Positions 38,617-47,594 of a stretch of 64,000 nucleotides of DNA are shown here, piece by piece. The position numbers and the translations under genes were made by a program. The notes beneath the pieces were generated by a model. The model did no database searches, was not told the DNA's origin, and saw nothing but the letters and a program-made list of their open reading frames with translations. Origin of the DNA: a virus; IMG/VR virus record IMGVR_UViG_3300046171_000155. One strand, written 5' to 3'. Each line of letters begins with the position of its first letter. Position 1 is the stretch's first letter.

Positions 38617-38805
38617 CTATTTTTTGAACTTTTTTGGTAGGATTCGACGTAAAATTTCTACGTTCTTTTTGCGCTTGTTCTTGCGATCACCCTTCTTCCG
38701 AACGATCACAGTAGAGGAGTCGTCTCCAGCGCCAGGGACTCCTGAAGTGTTGTTTGTTGGTACATCTTCGCTGAACTGCTTTTCAAATTCTTTGAATGAC
38801 TTCAT
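38617..38805 (-). CDS. Small putative internal head protein
   Basis: CTS-like MKSFKEF...FSE then DVPTN. Confidence 0.6.
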   Translation of the reverse strand: MKSFKEFEKQFSEDVPTNNTSGVPGAGDDSSTVIVRKKGDRKNKRKKNVEILRRILPKKFKK

Positions 38806-39395
38806 TTAGCAATCTCGTTCGCCGTGAATAGTACTCTGTGTCCAGTTCGCATATGGACGCCTTCATAGACAGGAATACCTAAAACATCGTAACATAAATT
38901 ATTTTCTACAACGCGAACCTTGTCGTCCTTTCGTACAACTTCATGGCATTGGTCTGTCATAGAATCATTTCGCATCCTATACATGCCTTGTCCAAGGTTG
39001 CCATCTTCCAACACATACCATCGGGAATTCTCTAATAGAACGTCCATGATATCGATACCAGTTTCTTCGTGTATCTTTTGTAGGTTTTCGTCAGAGAGTT
39101 CTCCGTGTTCTTTGATCAGTGCGAGTGCTGCACCATAACGTGCGACCACAGATGATCCGCCTGGTGCCTTTGCCATGAGTTTCTTTAGATTGAATACGAG
39201 ACGATGAAATGCGGTATAGTGTGATCGGTATGCGTCACGATTATCCATCGTGTCCATTGAGAAACTTTTGATCTTGTTTCCGTCGGCGTCAATGATTCCC
39301 GCTTTGTATGCGCCTGTATCCTCGAACTTAGTGACAAGTAGTTTTAGAAAACGAATTGTATAGACTAGATCAGCCGCTGATTTTAAGATTCCCAT
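38802..39395 (-). CDS. Conserved T4-like hypothetical protein
   Basis: DLVYTIRFLKLL...AYKAGIID..G, YT.FHRLVFNLKKL. Confidence 0.75.
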   Translation of the reverse strand: MGILKSAADLVYTIRFLKLLVTKFEDTGAYKAGIIDADGNKIKSFSMDTMDNRDAYRSHYTAFHRLVFNLKKLMAKAPGGSSVVARYGAALALIKEHGELSDENLQKIHEETGIDIMDVLLENSRWYVLEDGNLGQGMYRMRNDSMTDQCHEVVRKDDKVRVVENNLCYDVLGIPVYEGVHMRTGHRVLFTANEIAK

Positions 39396-39751
39396 CTAAG
39401 TTCTCTCAATTTACTCACTACATGTTTGTCCATTTTGATGCCAGTGATATCGTCATTTTTTATTGCGTTTAGAAAAACGAGAAAGGGCTTCAAAGTGGGC
39501 CACTGTTCTAGGGGTATCTTTAGCGCTAACATCTCAATGCCAGCTTCATGCCCGAAGACATTGAAGATGACGATGAGATGATTCAGTATAAGTCTTTCCG
39601 ACAAATTACCGTTCTGATGATACCTGTTGATGAGTCGTTTAAGATATTTGAACCTCTTTAGATCATCAAAAAACTCATCACCATCAATACATGTTGGATT
39701 GTAGTAATGCTTTGCTGCATACACCACAAGGTTCTTATTGTTCAATTTCAT
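39383..39751 (-). CDS. Conserved T4-like hypothetical protein (DUF7207-like)
   Basis: YYNP.C....F.DDLKRFKY.KRL, ERLILNH. Confidence 0.75.
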   Translation of the reverse strand: MKLNNKNLVVYAAKHYYNPTCIDGDEFFDDLKRFKYLKRLINRYHQNGNLSERLILNHLIVIFNVFGHEAGIEMLALKIPLEQWPTLKPFLVFLNAIKNDDITGIKMDKHVVSKLRELRWES

Positions 39752-39798
39752 ACCGTGAAACTTAAAGATTATGTTTCAGATATTTAGTGAAGCAATAA

Positions 39799-39996
39799 TT
39801 AATCGTCTTCAGGTTCTTCTACGTCTTCAACTACAGGCGCTGGTTCAGGTGCTGGAGCAGGGTTCTTTGCACCATGCCACTCTGCAATCTCTTCGTGAGA
39901 AAAGTTTTGAACCTTCAACAACTCGCCAGTCCTTGCGTCAGACCAACCTGCTTTGACAGGGACCGCGTCTTTACACCACTTAGGGGCCTTAATCAT
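39799..39996 (-). CDS. Hypothetical protein
   Basis: PKW..DA....GW....TGELL. Confidence 0.6.
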   Translation of the reverse strand: MIKAPKWCKDAVPVKAGWSDARTGELLKVQNFSHEEIAEWHGAKNPAPAPEPAPVVEDVEEPEDD

Positions 39997-39998
39997 GA

Positions 39999-40784
39999 TT
40001 ACTTTCCTTTTACTGGATTGACGACTGACTTATCGCCATTAGATAGATTGTCTGCACCGCTTCGTGCAGGTGCTTGTTTCTTGACTGCTTTAGCCGCAGC
40101 GAAAGTCTTAGTGTGACCGTCTTCTTCGTTGTCTTCGATTTTCTTATCAGACTTCTTGTGCTTGGCAATGACTTCTTTGTCATGCTTAGAAGAGTGGTCG
40201 TCATACTTCTCTGGAGCAAGTGCGCCTTTCTTAGGGTTCGCAGCTTCTGAGATTGCGTTCCATAGAGACTCAAAAGAATCTGTTAGATCGATATCTAGAG
40301 ACTCACGTTGATGTTTCTTCCAGTCGTCCATAGACAACTTACCACCAGCACGTTTGTAATCTGCGTACTTCTGAGAAGGAGTCTGAGAATCTTTCTTAGG
40401 GGCAGCAGGGGCAGGGGCAGGTGAGTCTTTCTTTTCATCATCGGCTTTATTGATCGCAACCTTGTCCGCTTTCGCAGCAGCCTTTGCAAGATCAGCAGAT
40501 ACTTCGTCTACTTTACCGCCTTTCTTCTTGGCATCGATAGCATCGTCTGTTGCGGCACGCTTCTTATGTAGGTATTCGTCAGAAGAATCTACATCGCCGT
40601 CGTTATCGATGTCCTTGTCGTCACGATTCTTGAACTCTTTATCGTTCTCTTTATCGTCTACTGGATCAAGTTTCTTGCCTTCTTTCTTAGGATGTGTTTT
40701 CCCGCAACCCTCATCTAGTTCGGCGTTACGCTCGGAGACCATTCCCAAATACGCCTCCATAATTTTATTGATATCTGACATCAT
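39999..40784 (-). CDS. Charged putative internal/virion protein with EF-hand-like DIDNDGDVD motif
   Basis: DKDIDNDGDVDSSDEYL; LDE/VDE/ISE-type protease sites. Confidence 0.6.
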   Translation of the reverse strand: MMSDINKIMEAYLGMVSERNAELDEGCGKTHPKKEGKKLDPVDDKENDKEFKNRDDKDIDNDGDVDSSDEYLHKKRAATDDAIDAKKKGGKVDEVSADLAKAAAKADKVAINKADDEKKDSPAPAPAAPKKDSQTPSQKYADYKRAGGKLSMDDWKKHQRESLDIDLTDSFESLWNAISEAANPKKGALAPEKYDDHSSKHDKEVIAKHKKSDKKIEDNEEDGHTKTFAAAKAVKKQAPARSGADNLSNGDKSVVNPVKGK

Positions 40785-40799
40785 AGTCTCCGTTGGTTA

Positions 40800-41111
40800 T
40801 TATGCATCAAAAAAAGTTTTGATGACTACACCGGCAAAGATTGTTGCAGATAATGTAATAATGTATTGCATTACTTTTACAGTCTTGCCTTGTTCTTGAA
40901 CGTTATCTTCGAGATCGTCCATTCGTTGAGAGAAACGATTCATTCGTTCAAAGTGTTGCGAGTTCGCTTTCTCAATGTTAATAAGCTTTTCTTCCGCTCT
41001 TGCAAGATCAATCATTGCATCGGAAAGCTTGTCTATTTTGTCCTCGATTCTTGCGAGGCGTTGCTCTTCACGTTGCACATGCTCTTGTAAAATTAGGTTG
41101 TTGTCTGCCAT
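40800..41111 (-). CDS. Coiled-coil protein with C-terminal TM
   Basis: RL.RIEDKIDKLSDAM..LARAEEK. Confidence 0.65.
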   Translation of the reverse strand: MADNNLILQEHVQREEQRLARIEDKIDKLSDAMIDLARAEEKLINIEKANSQHFERMNRFSQRMDDLEDNVQEQGKTVKVMQYIITLSATIFAGVVIKTFFDA

Positions 41112-41222
41112 GTTTCGATCAGCCCATTAGTATTGATAATATAAGTCATATGATAATTATAATTTAATGTAATATAATTAGTTGACTTACGGTTAAGGTT
41201 TATGTTTATTTATAACGATCAA

Positions 41223-41540
41223 TTACCATGCGCGACACGACCAATAGCGTGCCTTCCACTTCGGGCCAGGATCTGCACAATTGTGCCTAGCTCGAAAACT
41301 TTTACGACGAGCGGGATTGCTTTTCTTAATTTTCATATTCGGATCACCGAATGAGACCTTCACGACATTTCCCTTTTCGTTTTTTGTATATACGTAGAAC
41401 TTCTTAGACCCACCACGTACAGGTTTGTTCAATGTAACAGTCTTACCCTGATACTCTGCTTCGGTCAGTTCTAACTCTTCGTTGAGAGACGCACACGCCT
41501 CACAACATCTTTCTTCTACATACTGTTTAAACTTTTTCAT
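41223..41540 (-). CDS. Putative internal head protein (VSFGDP family)
   Basis: CTS-like MKKFKQYVEE; EAEYQGK.V.LNKP, KVSFGDP, SFRARH.C, YWSC. Confidence 0.7.
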   Translation of the reverse strand: MKKFKQYVEERCCEACASLNEELELTEAEYQGKTVTLNKPVRGGSKKFYVYTKNEKGNVVKVSFGDPNMKIKKSNPARRKSFRARHNCADPGPKWKARYWSCRAW

Positions 41541-43789
41541 TTTGAAAGTAATGCCTTTGCTTTGGCACGATCGTGGAAAGCGAATGTATAAGACTTACCG
41601 TCTTTTTCGTCCTTGACCACATAACCAGATTTGGTCATCTTAGTGATCTTACCCATTCTCTTATCGCCATTCTTAGGTTCATAGTAATCAACGTCTCGTC
41701 CAACGTTTATTGAGTTCTTTGTCTCTGCGCCCATGCCTTTAGTTGCAAGTGTACGGTAGTTTTCATCAATAAATTCGACTTCTTCACGCATAAGTTTACC
41801 ACCTTTCACTCTGAATCCGTTATCCTTTAGGATCTTAGTGATAGTAGTCCTCTTCGTAAAGTCGTCCATGTCTTTCAACATTTTGGTCAAACCCATGAAT
41901 GCTTTGTCTTGGACATTGACACTAGAGTTATTGTGGATTGCACGAACGTATGCTGCAGCCTTCTCGAACTCAATGCCCTTACTCTTGTGCTTCAAGAGTT
42001 CTTTAGACATCTTCATGAAGTCTACTGCTTCGTCAAGTTCGATATCTTCTTTTCTTGGGGTGCGACCTTTGAGTAGTGAATGAATGGCTTTCGACTCTTT
42101 GCCTTTGATACGGCGATCTTTTTTGATCTCTTTATCGACAGCGCCTTTGTTGTACTTGGATTCACCAAGTTCGACTGACTCATTTGCAGAACGTTTTTTC
42201 AGGGCCTTATCAAAGTGCTTCTTTTGTCGTCTGCTTTTATCCGCTTTATCTAAGTCTTTCAGAGCTTTGATGCCGTGACCACCTTCTGGGGATTTCAAGT
42301 GCTTCTTTGTATTCTTCGTGGCAGAGTTTCTCGCGTCAACAGTATTTTTACTTGCTTTATCCCTTGCCCTTTTCAATAAACTAGTAGAGATTTCATCTAG
42401 GTTTTCTTCGACCGACTCATTTGCTTGTTGAAGTGCCGCTTGTACTGCCTTGTGTTTAGACAGACCTTTCTTCATTTTCTCAATCTCGCGAACAGCACCT
42501 GTCATATTACCGCCCATTTTTTCGGCAGTTTTGATTGCTTTGATAAGTAGGTTTCGGTCAGCGATCTTGTTGTGAATACCCATATCAGAAAGTTTTGCTT
42601 CAGTGACTTCTTCAACGTGACGAATAACAGTATATTTGCCACCAACCTTATCGACTTTGTTACCCATCGACGCCTTTTTATCTGCTGCAGACTTAGACAT
42701 AGGACCAGTCGTTCTACCTGACTTCTTGTCGGTTGGGTGAGTGTACTTTACTGCATACTTCTGTTCTTCTAGATCTGCAGATTCCATCTTGTAGTTGCCA
42801 GTCTTTCTCTGCTTTTTCATCAGAGCATGCAACTTTGCCAATTTGTCTTTTTCGTTTGGCGTTAGGGAGTCACGAGTCTTCTTTGCTTGAATACGGTTTA
42901 CTGACTTACCATATTCTTTTGTTGATTCTCTAAACTGATTACTGTGGATTTCTATGCCATGACCCTTAACTGCTTTTTGAATTGATTTGTCATCAAGTTT
43001 GCTTGGGTCTTCTCGTGTTCCGATTGTTACAGTTCCGACCCACTTGTTTCCTCTGGATGGCGATATTGTGTTTGTAACAAGTCCGCCCATCTTCTTAACA
43101 GCATCTCGCAAAGCAATTCTGTCTTGTTTCCACTCATCTTTTATCGCACCAAGGTCCGATGGTTTAGGGCTATTCGGTAACTGGTCCCTGTAATTGAATT
43201 CAACATCAGTGACCTTCACTAAACCTTCTTCTAAGTTCGATGCAGTTTCTTCTTTCTTAAGGCCGCCCATCGCATTACCATACATCTTTTTCTTCATGCT
43301 CTTATATCTTGCAGAAGAATCTGGACCTTTGCTTCCTGATGCCTTACGTTCCTTTGCCTTATCTGCCGCGATTTCTGCTGCAGTTGGCTTACGGTATACT
43401 TCATCAAGTTCGCTGGCATTACCATAAGAAGACCTTCCTATGATAGCACGTAGGAAGTCATTCAACTTACCCTTTGGTCCGCTGATAGAAACGTGCCCGC
43501 CTTGAGCCTTTGCCTTTAGACCAAACCGTGTTGCGCCTGAAGCAACTTTGTCTGGCGCAGTTGTCTTGATCTTTGACGTTGCTTCGTTGACTGACTCAAG
43601 CGCACCAGCAGGTTGACCCTGTTTCTGGTTTTGGTCTAGTGAGGCAGGTTGATTCGGATACTGGGTCTTCATTTTCTTAACAGCATCACGACTATTATTC
43701 GCCTTGGTCTTAACGGTCATAGAGTCGCGGCCGCTTCCTACCTTGACGAAGAATATCTTGTTCTCTCTCAATTCAAAAAAATCTTTCAC
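41537..43789 (-). CDS. Modular basic putative internal polyprotein
   Basis: CTS-like MKDFFELRE; basic modules separated by acidic linkers ending (L/V/I)xE. Confidence 0.65.
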   Translation of the reverse strand: MKDFFELRENKIFFVKVGSGRDSMTVKTKANNSRDAVKKMKTQYPNQPASLDQNQKQGQPAGALESVNEATSKIKTTAPDKVASGATRFGLKAKAQGGHVSISGPKGKLNDFLRAIIGRSSYGNASELDEVYRKPTAAEIAADKAKERKASGSKGPDSSARYKSMKKKMYGNAMGGLKKEETASNLEEGLVKVTDVEFNYRDQLPNSPKPSDLGAIKDEWKQDRIALRDAVKKMGGLVTNTISPSRGNKWVGTVTIGTREDPSKLDDKSIQKAVKGHGIEIHSNQFRESTKEYGKSVNRIQAKKTRDSLTPNEKDKLAKLHALMKKQRKTGNYKMESADLEEQKYAVKYTHPTDKKSGRTTGPMSKSAADKKASMGNKVDKVGGKYTVIRHVEEVTEAKLSDMGIHNKIADRNLLIKAIKTAEKMGGNMTGAVREIEKMKKGLSKHKAVQAALQQANESVEENLDEISTSLLKRARDKASKNTVDARNSATKNTKKHLKSPEGGHGIKALKDLDKADKSRRQKKHFDKALKKRSANESVELGESKYNKGAVDKEIKKDRRIKGKESKAIHSLLKGRTPRKEDIELDEAVDFMKMSKELLKHKSKGIEFEKAAAYVRAIHNNSSVNVQDKAFMGLTKMLKDMDDFTKRTTITKILKDNGFRVKGGKLMREEVEFIDENYRTLATKGMGAETKNSINVGRDVDYYEPKNGDKRMGKITKMTKSGYVVKDEKDGKSYTFAFHDRAKAKALLSK

Positions 43790-43794
43790 TTTAT

Positions 43795-43974
43795 TTAACT
43801 TCCTCTTGATGCGCCTCGAAATACCTTCGTTCCCGCAACTGGATTGACTGATTTAACTTTACTATTTATAGGGTTGAAATTAGTGCCACCGTAGTTGTTA
43901 TCGGTTGCCTGTTGCAGTCTTTCTTTTTTTGCAGCAGACATCTTCTTGTTACGTGGTTTCTTCGATTTGCTCAT
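43795..43974 (-). CDS. Small basic protein (contains late promoter 43863-43870)
   Basis: Hand-translated MSKSKKPRNKKM... Confidence 0.5.
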   Translation of the reverse strand: MSKSKKPRNKKMSAAKKERLQQATDNNYGGTNFNPINSKVKSVNPVAGTKVFRGASRGS

Positions 43975-43991
43975 ACGTTACCCTTATTTAA

Positions 43992-44183
43992 TTATTCTAC
44001 TGCGTAACCCATCTTCTTCAATTCTGCCTTAGAGAAAGATGGTGGTGGTTTACTGAAAAAGTCAGCCGACTTCTTGATCTTGTCTAGTCGCTTCTGCGAA
44101 CCAAGACCATGTTTCGCCGCACGAGCGGAAAGACGGTCTTGTGCAGACCGCCTTGCTTCTCTTATTTCAGTAAACTTTTTCAT
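43992..44183 (-). CDS. Small putative internal head protein
   Basis: CTS-like MKKFTEIRE, then basic. Confidence 0.6.
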   Translation of the reverse strand: MKKFTEIREARRSAQDRLSARAAKHGLGSQKRLDKIKKSADFFSKPPPSFSKAELKKMGYAVE

Positions 44184-44185
44184 AA

Positions 44186-45416
44186 TTATCCTAATGCAAC
44201 AGAAATACCAAATCGATCATCCTCGGCACCATCAAATGCAGTTAGTTTCGTTGGTTGAGCAGAAAGATCATTCGCGTCATAGACATAGACTGAACCAGAC
44301 CTAAATCCGTTATCGCCGTCAAACTGTGCACCAACAACAATCTGATCACCACTAACGGCAATTGAAATACCAAATCGATCATCCGCAGCACCATCAAACG
44401 CTGTTAGTTTCGTTGGTTGAGCAGAAAGATCATTCGCGTCAAAGACATAGACTGAACCAGATGCAGACCCATTGTCGTCGTCAAACATTGCACTAACGAA
44501 GATCTTATCTGCATTAGCAGCAACTGAGTAACCGAAGATATCACTCGCAGCACCATCAAACGCTGTTAGTTTCGTTGGTTGAGCAGATAGGTCATTAGCG
44601 TCAAAGACATAGACAGAACCAGAATTATATCCATTGTCGTCGTCGTTTTGCATACCAACAAAAATCCTATTGTCGGTAACAGCAACTGCGGTTCCAAAGT
44701 AATCACTCGCAGCAGCATCAAACGCTGTTAGTTTAGTCGGTTGAGCGGATAGATCGTTCATATTATAAACGTAAACTGAACCAGAACTAGTTCCGTCGTC
44801 GTCGTCACTAGGTGCACCAACAACAAGATTATTGTCGGAAACAGCAATTGCTTGCCCGAAAACGTCGTAATCAGCAGCATCAAACGCAGTTAGTTTGACC
44901 GCTTGCGCTGTTAAGTCGTTTGCATCATAAACATAGACTGAACCAGAAAAATTGGGATCATCATAAAGTGCACTAACAACAATCTTATCATCCGTAGCGG
45001 CAAGTACCTCTCCGAATCGGTCTTCTGCATCACCATCAAACGCTGTTAGTTTAGTCGGTTGTGTAGATAAATTGTTTGCGTCATAGACATAGACTGAACC
45101 AGAACTAGATCCATCGTCGTCGTCTCCCCAAGCACCAACAATTATCTTATCTGCATTAGCAACTACTGAGTTTCCAAAGTAATCACTCGCAGCACCATCA
45201 AACGCTGTTAGTTTAGTCGGTTGTGTAGATAAATTGTTTGCGTCATAGACATAGACTGAACCAGAGTTAGATCCATCGTCGTCGTCAAACCGAGAACCAA
45301 CTACCACCCAGTTTGCAGATGGTGCTGGTCCTACATATGGTGGGTTGTCTGCGTCAACACCGGCAATTACTTGACCAGGCCTGAAACACAGCACCCGCTA
45401 AAATTTGATTTGCCAT
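44186..45416 (-). CDS. FG-GAP repeat beta-propeller virion protein (indel near 45385)
   Basis: Tandem ~56-aa repeats DDDG..SGSVYVYDANDLSAQPTKLTAFDGA..D.FG; true start MANQILAGAVF at 45416. Confidence 0.8.
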
Positions 45417-45442
45417 TTTTGTTAAAAACCTCTATTTGAGTT

Positions 45443-45716
45443 TTATGCTAAGTCTTTGTCATGGTTGAGGCCGCCTTTCTTCTTCTTGACGATGAAAGCG
45501 TTAACCCTTGCCATTCCCCATTGTTGTGGTGTGGTTCCTGGACGGTGCCCTGTTTTCCACGCCGCCATACCACGATTATAAACTTTTTTAAGTGTACCCT
45601 ACAGAGATGCCAGACTTCTTTGCCTTTGCAGCAAGACCGTCTGGACCTTCTTCTAGGTCAACACTATCATATACTGAATATCGCTTTTCTTCAAGATAGT
45701 TCTTAAAAGATATCAT
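45443..45716 (-). CDS. Putative internal head protein, GHRPG family (extra G near 45597)
   Basis: MISFKNYLEE...LEEGPDGLAAKAKKSGISV/GTLKKVYNRGMAAWKTGHRPGTTPQQWGMARVNAF. Confidence 0.7.
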
Positions 45717-47116
45717 GCCAATTTCCTTATCATTCCGGCAAGCACTTTTGCGTCAATATCTAGACTGAACTTGCGAATAGTATCAGCAGCGGCAAACTCT
45801 GGAGATGTGTATTTACCTTTACCCATCTCACGTTTGATGTGTTGCGCTACTTTCTTATACTTGTCCTTATTTATAGTTTTTGAACCGAGGCGACTCATTA
45901 GATCAGTCACCCAGTTCTCGAAAATATCTTCTTGGCCTGGTGTGTCTTTGAAGTAACTTCTTGCGTAACTTGTCAGTACCTTCATCACCCGCGCCATGTT
46001 CTTCTGGACACAGTCTGGTACCATCTTGTTACCTTTCTTCTTCATACCGACCTGCTTGTAACCGTCCCAACAATCTTCGTCATACATGTCCTTGAATGAC
46101 TTGGTATACTTGGATGGTTTAGTCTTGGCAGTCTTATCTCCAGGCGCAGGTTTATAGGCAGAAGAATCGTCATCTGCTTTCTTACCATGTTTCTTGAAGT
46201 GTGCATCGCGCTTTGATTTGGTGGACTTTTTCAGTCCGGCGTGGTATCGTGCAGGCTGAGTTCCTTCGCGATCTTTGATGTCTGGATCTTGTTTCTCAAC
46301 AATCTCGACAGCATCTAACCACTTACGCATTTTCTTACCGTCAGATGTTTCTACGATGACATAGTTTGCACCTAGGACGGATACAGTAGCAATCTCATCA
46401 CTTTCTTTGATCACTACTGTATCACCAACTCCAAACAGTTCACCCGAAACATATTGTTCACGAGTTTCTGATACTGTTTCTAGTTCTAGGTGATTACGGA
46501 ATTCACTAGCTTCTTTCAGACCCATGCCCTTACGCACATCGTTGAATAATGTACGTGCGTCTTTATCAGACATGGACTTAGGTGTGCCCTGAGAGAATGC
46601 AACAAAGTCATTCTTCTGTGCGTTCTCTCTTTGTTTAGAGGCAGACATGCCTTCAACTCCTGCAGAATCTGGATCTCTCTTTCCTGCAGATACTACCTTG
46701 ATGCTTTTGAAGTTGTAAAAACCATGTCTTGCTTTTTGTCCGTTGTATTTGTTCAACAGGACTTCGAATTCTGTAATACGGTCTGCACCGACAACCATAG
46801 TGACTGACTTGTAACCTTGGTTGTACAGTGTAACCATTGCGTTGATTGCGGTCTTCACCGACTTATCAACCATGACATTTCGCGCATGTTTTGGAAACAT
46901 CTTGCGAGTATGTTTTACTTTCTGTTCGTATGTAAGTGGATTCTTCTTGGAGTCCGAAGACTGCGACATGAAGATCTTATAGTCAGACTTACCAGACTTT
47001 TGCGCCAAAGTGTCCATCACTTTGCCGTGTCCGACTGTAGGTGGATTCATACGACCGAATGTAAAATATACTTCGCGTTCTTCCTCGACTAGGTACTGGG
47101 AGAAGTTCTTAATCAC
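45713..47116 (-). CDS. HIGH-superfamily nucleotidyltransferase ('cytidyltransferase'), NMNAT/PPAT-like, with C-terminal modules
   Basis: FTFGRMNPPTVGH, KNPL, VVGADR, SAG.RDPD, MSASK; CTS-like MIKNFSQYLVEE. Confidence 0.85.
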   Translation of the reverse strand: MIKNFSQYLVEEEREVYFTFGRMNPPTVGHGKVMDTLAQKSGKSDYKIFMSQSSDSKKNPLTYEQKVKHTRKMFPKHARNVMVDKSVKTAINAMVTLYNQGYKSVTMVVGADRITEFEVLLNKYNGQKARHGFYNFKSIKVVSAGKRDPDSAGVEGMSASKQRENAQKNDFVAFSQGTPKSMSDKDARTLFNDVRKGMGLKEASEFRNHLELETVSETREQYVSGELFGVGDTVVIKESDEIATVSVLGANYVIVETSDGKKMRKWLDAVEIVEKQDPDIKDREGTQPARYHAGLKKSTKSKRDAHFKKHGKKADDDSSAYKPAPGDKTAKTKPSKYTKSFKDMYDEDCWDGYKQVGMKKKGNKMVPDCVQKNMARVMKVLTSYARSYFKDTPGQEDIFENWVTDLMSRLGSKTINKDKYKKVAQHIKREMGKGKYTSPEFAAADTIRKFSLDIDAKVLAGMIRKLA

Positions 47117-47565
47117 TTCTGTACACCACCTTGTCGCTTGGCACGTTTGCGTTCCATCTCTTGCTTACGTACCGTTTTGATTAGTTTACGAGCGACTCTA
47201 TCGATGCGATTTTTTACTGCAGGTTTGTCTAGTCTCTTCTCGATTTCTTTTTTACGAGCTACAGTAAGATCACTCTTAGGAATACCTTTGGTAAGTTTCT
47301 TAGCAAACTGCATCCTTGCTTGACGACGGGCACGTTTCTTCAACGTGTCCATGTTAGCAGTCTTTCTCTCTGCACGTTTTCTTGCCATTGCAATACGAGC
47401 TTTATTTCGCTTCATGCGCATGCCAAGTTTACGTCGTTGAGAAGCGTCTAATGCTTCTGAAGTGTCTATAGACGTTTTTCTTTTCTTTGCGTTATATGCT
47501 AACTGTCCATCACCTGTCTGAGTGTAATCGACATTAACAAATTGTTTAAATGACATTGGTGCCAT
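47113..47565 (-). CDS. Highly basic putative internal/core protein
   Basis: MSFKQF, SEALD..QRRK, Arg/Lys-rich. Confidence 0.65.
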   Translation of the reverse strand: MAPMSFKQFVNVDYTQTGDGQLAYNAKKRKTSIDTSEALDASQRRKLGMRMKRNKARIAMARKRAERKTANMDTLKKRARRQARMQFAKKLTKGIPKSDLTVARKKEIEKRLDKPAVKNRIDRVARKLIKTVRKQEMERKRAKRQGGVQK

Positions 47566-47594
47566 CTAATAATCCTCTATTGGTTTATTCCATG

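Noticed and set aside
44186-45300. Tandem repeats as a CRISPR array or DGR template/variable pair
   Set aside because: Repeats are in-frame protein repeats without unique spacers; no reverse transcriptase or adenine-specific variation seen.
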